In this document: in pieces, positions 23,801-39,977 of the stretch | Numbering within the stretch: the first letter of the stretch is position 1 | How the letters are laid out: the number at the start of each line of letters is the position of its first letter | Notes under the pieces: model-generated | Database searches by the model: none | Told to the model about the DNA's origin: nothing | Seen by the model: only the letters and a program-made list of their open reading frames with translations | Translations under genes and position numbers: made by a program | Source of the DNA: Octopus vulgaris | Taxonomy: Eukaryota | Direction of reading: 5' to 3' | Length of the DNA: 64,000 nt | NCBI GenBank assembly: GCA_951406725.2 | Contig: OX597831.1 | Span: 1 to 64,000, forward strand

Positions 23801-25838
23801 ATAGAATCTATGAAGAGAATCTATAAATATAATCTATAAATAGTATCTATAAATAGAATCTACAAATAGAATCTATAAATAAATAAATAAATAAATATAT
23901 AAATAAAAAGTATCTTTAAATAGAATCTATAAATAGTATCTATAAATAGAATCTATGAATAAAATAAATAACTAGAACAAATAAACTAAAAATAGAACAA
24001 ATACACTAAAAATAGGAAAAATAATCTAAAAATAGGACAAATAAACTAAATATAGAACAGCAACTAAAATAGGACAAATAAACTAAAAATAGAACAATTA
24101 AACTAAAAATTGAACAAATAAACTAAAAATAGGTCAAATAAACTAAAAATAGAACAGCAACTAAAAATAGGACAAATAAACTAAAAATAGAACAAATAAA
24201 CTAAAAATAGAACAAATAAACTAAAAATAGGACAAATAAACTAAAAATAGAACATATAATCTAAAAATAGAACAAATAAACTAAAAATAGAACAGCAACT
24301 AAAATAGGACAAATAAACTAAAAATAGAACAAATAAACTAAAAATAGAACAAATAAACTAAAAATAGAACAGCAACTAAAAACAGAAGAAATAAACTAAA
24401 AATAGAACAGCAACAAAAAATAGGACAAATAAACTAAAAATAGAACAAGTAAACTTAAAATAGAGAAAATGAACTAAAAATAGGACAAATAAACTAAAAA
24501 TAGAACAAATAAACTAAAAATAGAACAGCAACTAAAAATAGGACAAATAAACTAAAAATAGAACAAATGAACTAAAAATAGAACAAATAAACTAAAAATA
24601 GGACAAATAAACTAAAAATAGAACAGATAAACTACAAATAGAACAAATAAACTAAAAATAGAACAGCAACTAAAATAGGACAAATAAAGTAAAAATAGAG
24701 CAAATAAACTAAAAATAGAACAAATAAACTAAAAATAGGACAAATAAACTAAAAATAGAACAGCAACTAAAAATAGGACAAATAAACAAAAAATTGAACA
24801 AGTAAACTAAAAATAGAAAAAATAAATAAACAAAGCTAGGACAAATAAACTAAAAATAGAACAAATAAACTAAAAATAGAACAGCAACTAAAGATAGTAC
24901 AAATAAACTAAAAATAGAACAAATAAACTAAAAATAGAACAGCAACTAAAATAGGACAAATAAACTAAAAATAGAACAAATAAACTAAAAATAGAACAAA
25001 TGAACTTAAAATAGAACAGCAACTAAAAATAGGACAAATAAAGTAAAAATAGAACAGCAACTAAAAATAGTTATATTCTATATGCATAAATAGAATCTAT
25101 ACATAGAATCTATACATAGAATCTATACATAGACTCTATAAATAGAATCTATAATTAGTAGCAATAAAATAGAAGTTATAAATAGAAGCTATATATAGAA
25201 GCTATAAATAAATTAATAAATAAATAGTATCTATAAATAGAATCTAAAAATAGAATCTATAAAGAGAATCTATAAATAAAATCTATAAATAGAATCTATA
25301 AATAGAATCTATAAATAGTATCTATAAATAGAATCAATAAATAGAATCTACAAATAGAATCTATAAATAAATAAATAAATATATAAATAAATAAATAAAT
25401 AAATTGAATCTATAAATAGAATCTATAAATATAATCTATAAATAGAATCTATAAATAAAATCTATAAATGAATAAATAAATAATTAAATAAATAAATAGA
25501 ATCTATAAATAGAATCTATAAATAGAATCTATAAATAGAATCTATAAATAGAATCTATAATTAGTAGCTACGAAATAGGAGCTATAAATAGAAGCTATAA
25601 ATAGAAGCTATAAATAGAAGCTATAAATAGAAGCTATAAATAAATTAAAAAATAAATAAATAATATCTATAAATAGAATCTATTAATAGAATCTATAAAT
25701 AAAATCTATAAATAGAATCTATAAATAGAATCTATAAATATAATCTATAAATATAATCTATAAATAGAATCTATAAATAGAATCTATAAATATAATCTAT
25801 AAATAGTATCTATAAATAGAATCTACAAATAGAATCTA

Positions 25839-25889
<51 letters not shown>

Positions 25890-26071
25890 AAAGAACCTAT
25901 AAATAGAATCTATAAATAGAATCTATAAATAGAATCTATAAATAAAATAAATAAATAAATAAATAAATAGAATCTATAAGTAGAATCTATAAATAGAATC
26001 TATAATTAGTAGCTATTAAATAGAAGCTATAAATAGAAGCTATAATTAGAAGCTATAAATAGAAGCTATAA

Positions 26072-26103
<32 letters not shown>

Positions 26104-26126
26104 ATAGAATCTATAAATAGAATCTA

Positions 26127-26161
<35 letters not shown>

Positions 26162-26755
26162 ATAGAATCTATAAATAGAATCTTTAAATAGAATCTATAA
26201 ATAGAATCTATAAATAGAATCTATAAGTAGAATCTATAAATAGAATCTAAAATAGAATCTATAAATAGAATCTATAAATAGAATCTATAAATAGAATCTA
26301 TAATTAGTATCTATAAAAAGAATCTAAAAATAGAATCTATAAATAGAATCTAAAATAAATAAATAAAAAATAAAATAAATAGAATCTATAAATAGAATCT
26401 ATAAATAGAATCTTTAAATAGAATCTATAAATAGAATCTATAAATAGAATCTATAAATAGAATCTATATTTAGTAGCTTTTAAATAGAAGCTATAAATAG
26501 AAGCTATAATTAGAAGCTATAAATAGAAGCTATAAATAAATAAATAAATAAATATTATCTATAAATAGAATCTAAAATAGAATCTATAAATAGAATCTAT
26601 AAATAGAATCTATAAATAAAATCTATAAATAGAATCTATAAATAGAATCTATAAATATAATCTATAAATATAATCTATAAATAGAATCTATAAATAGAAT
26701 CTATAAATATAATCTATAAATAGTATCTATAAATAGAATCTATAAATAGAATCTA

Positions 26756-26802
<47 letters not shown>

Positions 26803-29800
26803 ATAGAATCTATAAATAGAATCTATAAATAGAATCTATAAATAGAATCTATAAATAGAATCTATAAATAAAATAAATAAATAAATAGAATCTATAATTA
26901 GAATCTATAAATAGAATCTATAAATAACATCTTTAAATAGAATCTATAAATAGAATCTATAAATAGTATCTATAAATAGAATCTATAAATAGAATCTATA
27001 AATAGAATCTATAAATAAATAAAAAATAATAATAAAATAAATAAATAGAATCTAAAAATAGAATCTATAAATAGAATCTATAAATAGAATCTATAAATAA
27101 AATCTATAAATAGAATCTATAAATAGAATCTATAAATATAATCTATAAATAGAATCTATAAATAGAATCTATAAATATAATCTATAAATAGTATCTATAA
27201 ATAGAATCTACAAATAGAATCTATAAATAAATAAATAAATAAATAAATAAAAAGAATGTATAAATAGAATCTATAAATAGAATCTATAAATAGAATCTAT
27301 AAATAAAATAAATAAATAAATAAATAAATAGAATCTATAATTAGAATCTATAAATAGAATCTATAAATAGAATCTATAAATAGAATCTATAAATAGAATC
27401 TATAAATAGTATCTATAAATAGAATCTAAAAATAGAATCTACAAATATAATCTATAAATAAATAAAAAATATAAAAAAATAAATAAATAGAATCTATAAA
27501 TAGATTCTATAAATAGAACAAATAAACTAAAAATTGAACAAATAAACTAAAAATAGGACAAATAATCGAAAAATAGGACAAATAATCTAAAATAGAACAG
27601 CAACTAAAAATAGGACAAAAAAATAAATAGAACAAGTAAACTAAAAATCGAACAAATAAACTAAAAATAGGTCAAATAAACTAAAAATAGAACAGCAACT
27701 AAAAATAGGACAAATAAACTAACAATAGAACAAGTAAACTAAAAATAGAAAAAATAAACTAAAAATAGGACAAATTAAGTAAAAATAGAACAGATAAACT
27801 AAAAATAGAAGAGCAACTAAAAATAGGACAAATAAACTAGAAATAGAACAAATAAACTAAAAATAGAACAAATAAACTAAAAATAGGACAAATAAACTAA
27901 AAAAAGAACAGATAAACTAAAGATAGAACAAATAAACTAAAATAGAACAGCAACTAAAATAGGACAAATAAACTAGAAATAGAACAAATAAACTAAAAAT
28001 AGAACAAATAGAAATAGAACAACAACTAAAAATAGGACAAATAAACTAAAATTAGAACAGCAAATAAAAATAGGACAAATAAACTAAATATAGAACAAGT
28101 AAACTAAAAATAGAAAAAATAAACTAAAAATAGGACAAATAAACTAAAAATAGAACAAATAAACTAAAAATAGAACAAATAAACTAAAAATAGGACAAAT
28201 AAACTAAAAATAGAACAAATAAACTAAAAATAGGACAAATAAACTAAAAATAGAACAAATAAACTAAAAGTAGAACAGCAACTCAAAATAGGACAAATAA
28301 ACAAAAATAGGACAAATAAACTAAAAAGAGAACAAATAAACTAAAAATAGAACAAATAAAGTAAGAATGGAACGGGAACTAAAAATAGGACAAATAAACT
28401 AAAAATAGAACAAAGAAACTAAAAATAGAACAAATAAACTAAAAATAGAACAGCAACAAAAATAGAACAAATAAACTAAAAATTGAACAGCCACTAAAAA
28501 TAGGACAAATAAACTAAAAATAGAAAAGCAACTAAAATTAGAACAAATAAACTAAAAATAGAACAGCAACTAAAAATAGGACAAATAAACTAAAAATAGG
28601 ACAAATAAACTGAAAATATAAAAAAAAAACTAAAAATAGGACAAATAAACTAAAAATAGAACAGATAAACTAAAGATAGAACAAATAAACTAAAAATAGA
28701 ACAGCAACTAAAACAGGACAAATAAACTAAAAATAAAACAAATTTATTTATAGATACTATTTATAGATTCCATTTATAGATTCTATTTATAGATTCTATT
28801 TATAGATTATATTTATTTATATAGAATATAACTATTTTTAGTTGCTATTTTAATAAACTAAAAATAGAACAAATAAACTAAAAATAGAACAAATAAACTA
28901 AAAATAGAACAGCAACTAAAAATAGGACAAATAAACTAAAAATAGAACAGCAACTAAAAATAGTTATATTCTATATGCATAAATAGAATCTATAAATAGT
29001 ATCTATACATAGAATCTATAAATAGAATCTATAAATAGAATCTATAAATAGTATCTATAAATAGAATCTATAAATAGAATCTATAATTAGTAGAATTAAA
29101 TAGAAGCTATAAATAGAAGCTATAATTAGTAGCTATTAAATAAATAAATAGTATCTATAAATAGAATCTAAAAATAGAATCTATAAGAGAATCTATAAAT
29201 AAAATCTATAAATAGATATCTATAAATAGAATCTATAAATAAAATCTATAAATAGAATCTATGAATCTACAAATAGAATCTATAAATATAATAAATAAAT
29301 AAATAGTATCTATAAATAGAATCTACAAATAGAATCTATAAATAAATAAATAAATAAATATATAAATAAAAAGTATCTTTAAATAGAATCTATAAATAGT
29401 ATCTATAAATAGAATCTATGAATAAAATAAATAAATAGAACAAATAAACTAAAAATAGAACAAATACACTAAAATAGGAAAAAATAATCTATAAATAGGA
29501 CAAATAAACTAGAAATAGAACAACAACTTTAAATAGGACAAATAAACTAAAAATAGAACAATTAAACTAAAAATTGAACAAATAAATAAAAATATCAAAT
29601 AAACTAAAAATAGGACAAATAAATCTATAAATAGGACAAATAAACTAAAAATAGAACAAATAAACTAAAAATAGAACAGCAACTAAAAATAGATCTACAA
29701 ATAAACTAAAATTAGAACAGCAATAAAAAATAGGACAAATAAATAAAAATAGAACAAATAAACTTAAAATAGATCTATAAATGAACTATAAATAGGACAA

Positions 29801-31130
29801 ATAAACTAAAAATAGAACAAATAAACTAAAAATAGAACAGCAACTAAAAATAGGACAAATAAACTAAAAATAGAACAAATAAACTAAAAATAGAATCATA
29901 AATAAACTAAAATAGGACAAATAAACTAAAAATAGAACAGATAAACTAAAATAGAACAAATAAACTAAAAATAGAACAGCAACTAAAATAGGACAAATAA
30001 AGTAAAATAGTGCAAATAAACTAAAAATAGAACAAATAAACTAAAAATAGGACAAATAAACTAAAAATAGAACAGCAACTAAAAATAGGACAAATAAACT
30101 AAAAAATTGAACAAGTAAACTAAAAATAGAAAAAATAAACTAAAGCTAGGACAAATAAACTAAAAATAGAACAAATAAACTAAAAATAGAACAGCAACTA
30201 AAGATAGTACAAATAAACTAAAAATAGAACAAATAAACTAAAAATAGAACAGCAACTAAAATAGGACAAATAAACTAAAAATAGAACAAATAAACTAAAA
30301 ATAGAACAAATGAACTTAAAATAGAAACAGCAACTAAAAATAGGACAAATAAAGTAAAAATAGAACAGCAACTAAATAGTTATATTCTATATGCATAAAT
30401 AGAATCTATACATAGAATCTATACATAGAATCTATACATAGACTCTATAAATAGAATCTATAATTAGTAGCAATAAAATAGAAGCTATAAATAGAAGCTA
30501 TATATAGAAGCTATAAATAAATTAATAAATAAATAATATCTATAAATAGAATCTAAAAATAGAATCTATAAAGAGAATCTATAAATAAAATCTATAAATA
30601 GAATCTATAAATAGAATCTATAAATAGTATCTATAAATAGAATCTATAAATAGAATCTATAAATAGAATCTATAAAAAAATAAAAAAATATATAAATAAA
30701 TAAATAAATAAATTGAATCTATAAATAGAATCTACAAATAGAACCTATAAATAGAATCTATAAATAAAATCTATAAATAGAATGTATAAATAAATAAATA
30801 AATAAATAAATAAAGAGAATCTATAAATAGAATCTATAAATAGAATCTATAAATAGAATCTATAAATAGAATCTATAATTAGTAGCTACTAAATAGGAGC
30901 TATAAATAGAAGCTATAAATAGAAGCTATAAATAAATAAAAAAATAAATAAATAATATCTATAAATAGAATCTATTAATAGAATCTATAAATAAAATCTA
31001 GAAATAGAATCTATAAATAGAATCTATAAATATAATCTATAAATATAATCTATAAATAGAATCTATAAAGAGAATCTATAAATATAATCTATAAATAGTA
31101 TCTATAAATAGAATCTACAAATAGAATCTA

Positions 31131-31165
<35 letters not shown>

Positions 31166-31201
31166 AAAGAACCTATAAATAGAATCTATAAATAGAATCT
31201 A

Positions 31202-31232
<31 letters not shown>

Positions 31233-31583
31233 ATAGAATCTATAATTAGAATCTATAAATAGAATCTATAAATAGCATCTTTAAATAGAATCTATAAATA
31301 GAATCTATAAATAGTATCTATAAATAGAATCTAAAAATAGAATCAATAAATAGAATCTATAAATAAATAAAAAATAATAATAAAATAAATAAATAGAATC
31401 TAAAAATAGAATCTATAAATAGAATCTATAAATAGAATCTATAAATAGAATCTATAAAAAAATCTATAAATAGAATCTATAAATAGAATCTATAAATATA
31501 ATCTATAAATAGAATCTATAAATAGAATCTATAAATATAATCTATAAATAGTATCTATAAATAGAATCTACAAATAGAATCTA

Positions 31584-31614
<31 letters not shown>

Positions 31615-33408
31615 AAAGAATGTATAAATAGAATCTATAAATAGAATCTATAAATAAAATAAATAAATAAATAAATAAATAGAATCTATAATTAGAATCT
31701 ATAAATAGAATCTATAAATAGAATCTATAAATAGAATCTATAAATAGAATCTATATATAGTATCTATAAATAGAATCTAAAAATAGAATCTATAAATATA
31801 ATCTATAAATAAATAAAAAATAATAAAAAAATAAATAAATAGAATCTGTAAATAGAATTCTATAAATAGAACAAATAAACTAAAAATTGAACAAATAAAC
31901 TAAAAATAGGACAAATAATCTAAAAATAGGACAAATAATCTAAAATAGAATCAGCAACTAAAAATAGGACAAAAAATAAATAGAACAAGTAAACTATAAA
32001 AAATCGAACAAATAAACTAAAAATAGGTCAAATAAACTAAAAATAGAACAGCAAAAAAATAGGACAAATAAACTAACAATAGAACAAGTAAACTAAAAAT
32101 AGAAAAAATAAACTAAAAATAGGACAAATTAAAAAAAATAGAACAAATAAACTAAAAAATAGAAGAGCAACTAAAAATAGGACAAATAAACTAGAAATAG
32201 AACAAATAAACTAAAAATAGAACAGATAAACTAAAGATAGAACAAATAAACTAAAAATAGAACAGCAACTAAAATAGGACAAATAAACTAAAAATAGAAC
32301 AAATAAACTAAAAATAGAACAAATAAACTAAAAATAGAACAGCAACTAAAATAGGACAAATAAAGTAAAAATAGAGAAAATAAACTAAAAATAGAACAAA
32401 TAAACTAAAAATAGGACAAATAAACTAAAAATATAATAGCAACTAAAAATAGGACAAATAAACTAAAAATTGAACAAGTAAACTAAAAATAGAACAGCAA
32501 CTAAAAATAGTACAAATAAACTAAAAATAGAACAAATAAACTAAAAATAGAACAGCAACTAAAATAGGACAAATAAACTAAAAATAGAACAAATAAACTA
32601 AAAATAGAACAAATGAACTTAAAATAGAACAGCAACTAAAAATAGGACAAATAAAGTAAAAATAGAACAGCAACTAAAAATAGTTATATTCTATATGCAT
32701 AAATAGAATCTATACATAGAATCTATACATAGAATCTATACATAGACTCTATAAATAGAATCTATAATTAGTAGCAATAAAATAGAAGCTATATATAGAA
32801 GCTATATATAGAAGCTATAAATAAATTAATAAATAAATAGTATCTATAAATAGAATCTAAAAATAGAATCTATAAAGAGAATCTATAAATAAAATCTATA
32901 AATAGAATCTATAAATAGAATCTATAAATAGTATCTATAAATAGAATCAATAAATAGAATCTACAAATAGAATCTATAAATAAATAAATAAATATATAAA
33001 TAAATAAATAAATAAATTGAATCTATAAATAGAATCTACAAATAGAATCTATAAATAGAATCTATAAATAAAATCTATAAATAGAATATATAAATAAATA
33101 AATAAATAAATAAATAAAGAGAATCTATAAATAGAATCTATAAATAGAATCTATAAATAGAATCTAAAAATAGAATCTATAAATAGAATCTATAATTAGT
33201 AGCTACTAAATAGGAGCTATAAATAGAAGCTATAAATAGAAGCTATAAATAGAAGCTATAAATAGAAGCTATAAATAAATAAAAAAATAAATAAATAATA
33301 TCTATAAATAGAATCTATAAATAGAATCTTTTAATAGAATCTATAAATAGAATCTATAAATAGAATCTATAAATAGTATCTATAAATAGAAACTATAAAT
33401 AGAATCTA

Positions 33409-33443
<35 letters not shown>

Positions 33444-33479
33444 ATAGAATCTATAAATAGAATCTATAAATAGAATCTA

Positions 33480-33518
<39 letters not shown>

Positions 33519-34738
33519 ATAGAATCTATAAATAGAATCTATAAATAGAATCTATAAATAGAATCTATAAATAGAATCTATAAGTAGAATCTATAAATAG
33601 AATCTATAATTAGTAGCTATTAAATAGAAGCTATAAATAGAAGCTATAATTAGAAGCTATAAATAGAAGCTATAAATAAATAAATAAATAAATAAATATT
33701 ATCTATAAATAGAATCTAAAATAGAATCTATAAATAGAATCTATAAATAGAATCTATAAATAGAATCTATAAATAGAATCTATAAATAGAATCTATAAAT
33801 AGAATCTATAAATAGTATCTATAAATAGAATCTAAAAATAGAATCTCTAAATAGAGTCTAAAATAAATAAATAAATAAATAAATAAATAGAATCTATAAA
33901 TAGAATCTATAAATAAATAAATAAATAAATAAATAAATAGAATCTATAAATAGAATCTTTAAATTGAATCTATAAATAGAATCTATATTTAGTAGCTTTT
34001 AAATAGAAGCTATAAATAGAAGCTATAATTAGAAGCTATAAATAGAAGCTATAAATAAATAAATAACTAAATAAATATTATATATAAATAGAATCTAAAA
34101 TAGAATCTATAAATAGAATCTATAAATAGAATCTATAAATAGAATCTATAAATAAAATCTATAAATAGAATCTATAAATAGAATCTATAAATATAATCTA
34201 TAAATATAATCTATAAAGAGAATCTATAAATAGAATCTATAAATATAATCTATAAATAGTATCTATAAATTGAATCTACAAATAGAATCTATAAATAAAT
34301 AAATAAATAAATAAATATATAAATAAAAAGAATCTATAAATAGAATCTATAAATAGAATCTATAAATAGAATCTATAAATAAAATAAATAAATAAATAGA
34401 ATCTATAATTAGAATCTATAAATAGAATCTATAAATAGAATCCATAAATAGAATCTATAAAAAGGATCTATGAATAGAATCTAAAAATAGAATCTATAAA
34501 TAGAATCTATAAATAAATAAAAAATAAAAAAAAAATAAATAAATAAATAGAATCTAAAAATAGAATCTATAAATAGAATCTATAAATAGAATCTATAAAT
34601 AAAATCTATAAATAGAATCTATAAATAAAATCTATAAATATAATCTATAAATAGAATCTATAAATAGAATCTATAAATAGAATCTATAAATATAATCTAT
34701 AAATAGTATCTATAAATAGAATCTACAAATAGAATCTA

Positions 34739-34777
<39 letters not shown>

Positions 34778-34952
34778 AAAGAACCTATAAATAGAATCTA
34801 TAAATAGAATCTATAAATAGAATCTATTAATAGAATCTATAAATAGAATCTATAAATAGAATCTATAAATAGAATCTATTAATAGAATCTATAAATAGAA
34901 TCTATAAATAGTATCTATAAATAGAATCTAAAAATAGAATCTATAAATAAAA

Positions 34953-34983
<31 letters not shown>

Positions 34984-37900
34984 AAAGTATCTATAAATAG
35001 AATCTATAAATAGAATCTATAAATAGAATCTATTAATAGAATCTATAAATAGAATCTATAAATAGAATCTATAAATAGAATCTATTAATAGAATCTATTA
35101 ATAGAATCTATAAATAGAATCTATAAATAGTATCTATAAATAGAATCTAAAAATAGAATCTATAAATAAAATAAATAAATAAATAAATAAATAGAATCTA
35201 TAATTAGAATCTATAAATAGAATCTATTAATAGAATCTATAAATAGAATCTATAAATAGAATCTATAAATAGAATCTATAAATAGAATCTATAAATAGAA
35301 TCTATAAATAGAATCTATGAATAGAATCTATAAATAGAACAAATAAACTAAAAATAGAACAAATAAACTAAAAATAGGACAAATAATCTAAAAATAGGAC
35401 AAATAATCTAACATAGAACAGCAACTAAAAATAGGACCAAAAAAAATAGAACGTGTAAAGTAAAAATCGAACAAATAAACTAAAATTAGGTCAAATAAAC
35501 TAAAAATAGGACAAATAAACTAAAATTAGAACAAATAAACTAAAAATAGGACAAATAAACTAAAAATAGAACATATAAACTAAAAATAGAACATATAAAC
35601 TAAAAATAGCACAAATAAACTAGAAATAGAACAGCAACTAAAATAGGACAAATAAACTAAAAATAGAACAAATAAACTAAAAATAGCACAAATAAACTAG
35701 AAATAGAACAACAACTAAAAATAGGACAAATAAACTAAAATTAGAACAGCAACTAAAAATAGGACAAATAAACTAAAAATAGAACAAGTAAACTAAAAAT
35801 AGACAAAATAAACTAAAAATAGGACACATAAACTAAAAATAGAACAGATAAACTAAAAATAGAACAAATAAACTAAAAATAGAACAAGTAAACTAAAAAT
35901 AGAAAAAATAATGTAAAAATAGGACAAATAAACCAAAAAGAGAACAAATAAACTAAAAATAGAACAGCAACTAAAAATAGGACAAATAAACTAAAAATAG
36001 AACAAATAAACTAAAAATAGAACAAATAAACTAAAAAGAGGACAAATAAACTAAAAATAGAACAGATAAACTAAAGATAGAACAAATAAACTAAGACTAG
36101 AACAGCAACTAAAACAGGACAAATAAACTAAAAATAGAACAAATAAACTAAAAATAGAACAAATAAACTAAAAATAGAACAGCAACTAAAAATAGGACAA
36201 ATAAACTAAAAATAGAACAGCAACTAAAAATAGTTATATTCTATATGCATAAATAGAATCTATAAATAGTATCTATACATAGAATCTATAAATAGAATCT
36301 ATAAATAGAATCTATAAATAGAATCTATACTTAGTAGCTATTAAATAGAAGCTATGAATAGAAGCTATAAATAAATGAATAAATAAATAAATAGTATCTA
36401 TAAATAGAATCTGTAAATAAAATCTATAAATAGAATCTATAAAGAGAATCTATAAATATAATCTATAAATAAATAAATAAATAATTAAATAAATAAATAA
36501 AATGTATCTTTAAATAGAATCTATAAATAGTATCTATAAATAGAATCTATGAATAAAAATAAATAAATAGAACAAATAAACTAATAATAGAAAAAATAAA
36601 CTAAAAATAGGAAAAATAATCTAAAAATAGGACAAATAAACTAAAAATAGAACAAGTAAACTAAAAAATTGAACAAATAAACTAAAAATAGGTCAAATAA
36701 ACTACAAATAGAACAGCAACTAAAAATAGGACAAATAAACTAAAAATAGAACAAATAAACTAAAAATAGGACAAATAAACTAAAAATAGGACAAATAAAC
36801 TAAAAATAGAACATATAATCTAAAAATAGAACAGCAACTAAAATAGGACAATTAAACTAAAAATAGAACAAATAAACTAAAAATAGAACAGCAACTAAAA
36901 ATAGGACAAACAAACTAAAATTAGAACAGCAACTAAAAATAGGACTAATAAACTAAAAATAGAACAAGTAAACTAAAAATAGAGAAAATAAACTAAAAAT
37001 AGGACAAATAAACTAAAAATGGAACAAATAAACTAAAAATAGAACAGCAACTAAAAATAGGACAAATAAACTAAAAATAGAACAAATAAACTAAAAAGAG
37101 AACAAATAAACTAAAAATAGGACATATAAACTAAAAATAGAAAAGATAAACTAAAAATAGAACAAATAAACTAAAAATAGAACAGCAACTAAAATAGGAC
37201 AAATAAAGTAAAAATAGAGCAAATAAACTAGAAATAGAACAAATAAACTAAAAATAGGACAAATAAACTAAAAATAGAACAGCAACTAAAAATAGGACAA
37301 ATAAACTAAAAATTGAACAAGTAAACTAAAAATAGAACAGCAACTATAAATAGTACAAATAAACTTAAAAATAGAACGAATAAACTAAAAATAGAACAAA
37401 TAAACTAAAAATAGAACAAATGAATTAAAAATAGAACAGCAACTAAAAATAGGACAAATAAACTAAAAATAGAACAGCAACTAAAAATAGTTATATTCTA
37501 TATGCATAAATAGAATCTATACATAGAATCTATACATAGAATCTATACATAGACTCTATAAATAGAATCTATAATTAGTAGCAATAAAATAGAAGCTATA
37601 AATAGAAGCTATATATAGAAGCTATAAATAAATAAATAAATAAATAGTATCTATAAATAGAATCTAAAAATAGAATCTATAAATAGAATCTATAAATAAA
37701 ATCTATAAATAGAATCTATAAATAGAATCTATAAATAGTATCTATAAATAGAATCAATATATAGAATCTACATATAGAATCTATAAATAAATAAATAAAT
37801 ATATAAATAAATAAATAAATAGAATCTACAAATAGAATCTATAAATAGAATGTATGAATAAAATAAATAAATAAATAAAGAGAATCTATAAATAGAATCT

Positions 37901-38332
37901 ATAAATAGAATCTATAAATAGAATCTATAAATAGAATCTATAAATAGAATCTATAATTAGTAGCTATTAAATAGGAGCTATAAATAGAAGCTATATATAG
38001 AAGCTATAAATAGAAGCTATAAATAGAAGCTATAAATAAATAAAAGATATATAAATAATATCTATAAATAGAATCTATAAATAGAATCTATACATAGAAT
38101 ATATAATTAGTAGCTATTAAATAGGAGCTATAAATAGAATCTATAAATAGAAGCTATAAATAGAAGCTATAAATAGAAGCTATAAATAAATAAAAAAATA
38201 AATAAATAATATCTATAAATAGAATCTATAAATAGAATCTATAAATAGAATCTATTAATAGAATCTATAAATAGAATCTATAAATAGAATCTATAAATAG
38301 TATCTATAAATAGAAACTATAAATAGAATCTA

Positions 38333-38367
<35 letters not shown>

Positions 38368-38540
38368 ATAGAATCTATAAATAGAATCTATAAATAAATA
38401 AATAAATAAATAGAATCTATAAATAGAATCTATAAATAGAATCTATAAGTAGAATCTATAAATAGAATCTATAATTAGTAGCTATTAAATAGAAGCTATA
38501 AATAGAAGCTATAATTAGAAGCTATAAATAGAAGCTATAA

Positions 38541-38572
<32 letters not shown>

Positions 38573-39942
38573 ATAGAATCTATAAATAGAATCTATAAAT
38601 AAATAAATAAATAATTAAATAAATAAATAGAATCTATAAATAGAATCTTTAAATAGAATCTATAAATAGAATCTATAAATAGAATCTATAAGTAGAATCT
38701 ATAAATATAATCTAAAATAGAATCTATAAATAGAATCTATAAATAGAATCTATAAATAGAATCTATAAATTGAATCTATAAATAGTATCTATAAAAAGAA
38801 TCTAAAAATAGAATTTATAAATAGAATCTGAAATAAATAAATAAATAAATAAATAAATAGAATCTATAAATAGAATCTATAAACAAATAAATAAATAAAT
38901 AAATAAATAAATAAATACAATCTATAAATAGAATCTTTAAATAGAATCTATAAATAGAATCTATAAATAGAATCTATAAATAGAATCTATAAATAGAATC
39001 TATATTTAGTAGCTTTTAAATAGAAGCTATAAATAGAAGCTATAATTAGAAGCTATAAATAGAAGCTATAAATAAATAAATAAATAAATAAATATTATCT
39101 ATAAATAGAATCTAAAATAGAATCTATAAATAGAATCTATAAATAGAATCTATAAATATATTCTATAAATATAATCTATAAATAGAATCTATAAATAGAA
39201 TCTATAAATATAATCTATAAATAGTATCTATAAATAGAATCTACAAATAGAATCTATAAATAAACAAATAAATAAATAAATAAATAAAAATAAATAAATA
39301 AAAAAATAAATAAAAAGAACCTATAAATAGAATCTATAAATAGAATCTATAAATAGAATCTATAAATAAAATAAATAAATAAATAAATAAATAGAATCTA
39401 TAAATAGAATATATAAATAGAATCTATAAATAGAATCTATAAGTAGAATCTATAAATATAATCTAAAATAGAATCTATAAATAGAATCTATAAATAGAAT
39501 CTATAAATAGAATCTATAAATAGAATCTATAAATAGTATCTATAAAAAGAATCTAAAAATAGAATTTATAAATAGAATCTGAAATAAATAAATAAATAAA
39601 TAAATAAATAGAATCTATAAATAGAATCTATAAATAAATAAATAAATAAATAAATATTATCTATAAATAGAATCTATATTTAGTAGCTTTTAAATAGAAG
39701 CTATAAATAGAAGCTATAATTAGAAGCTATAAATAGAAGCTATAAATAAATAAATAAATAAATAAATATTATCTATAAATAGAATCTAAAATAGAATCTA
39801 AAATAGAATCTATAAATAGAATCTATAAATAGAATCTATAAATATATTCTATAAATATAATCTATAAATAGAATCTATAAATAGAATCTATAAATATAAT
39901 CTATAAATAGAATCTATAAATAGAATCTACAAATAGAATCTA

Positions 39943-39977
<35 letters not shown>

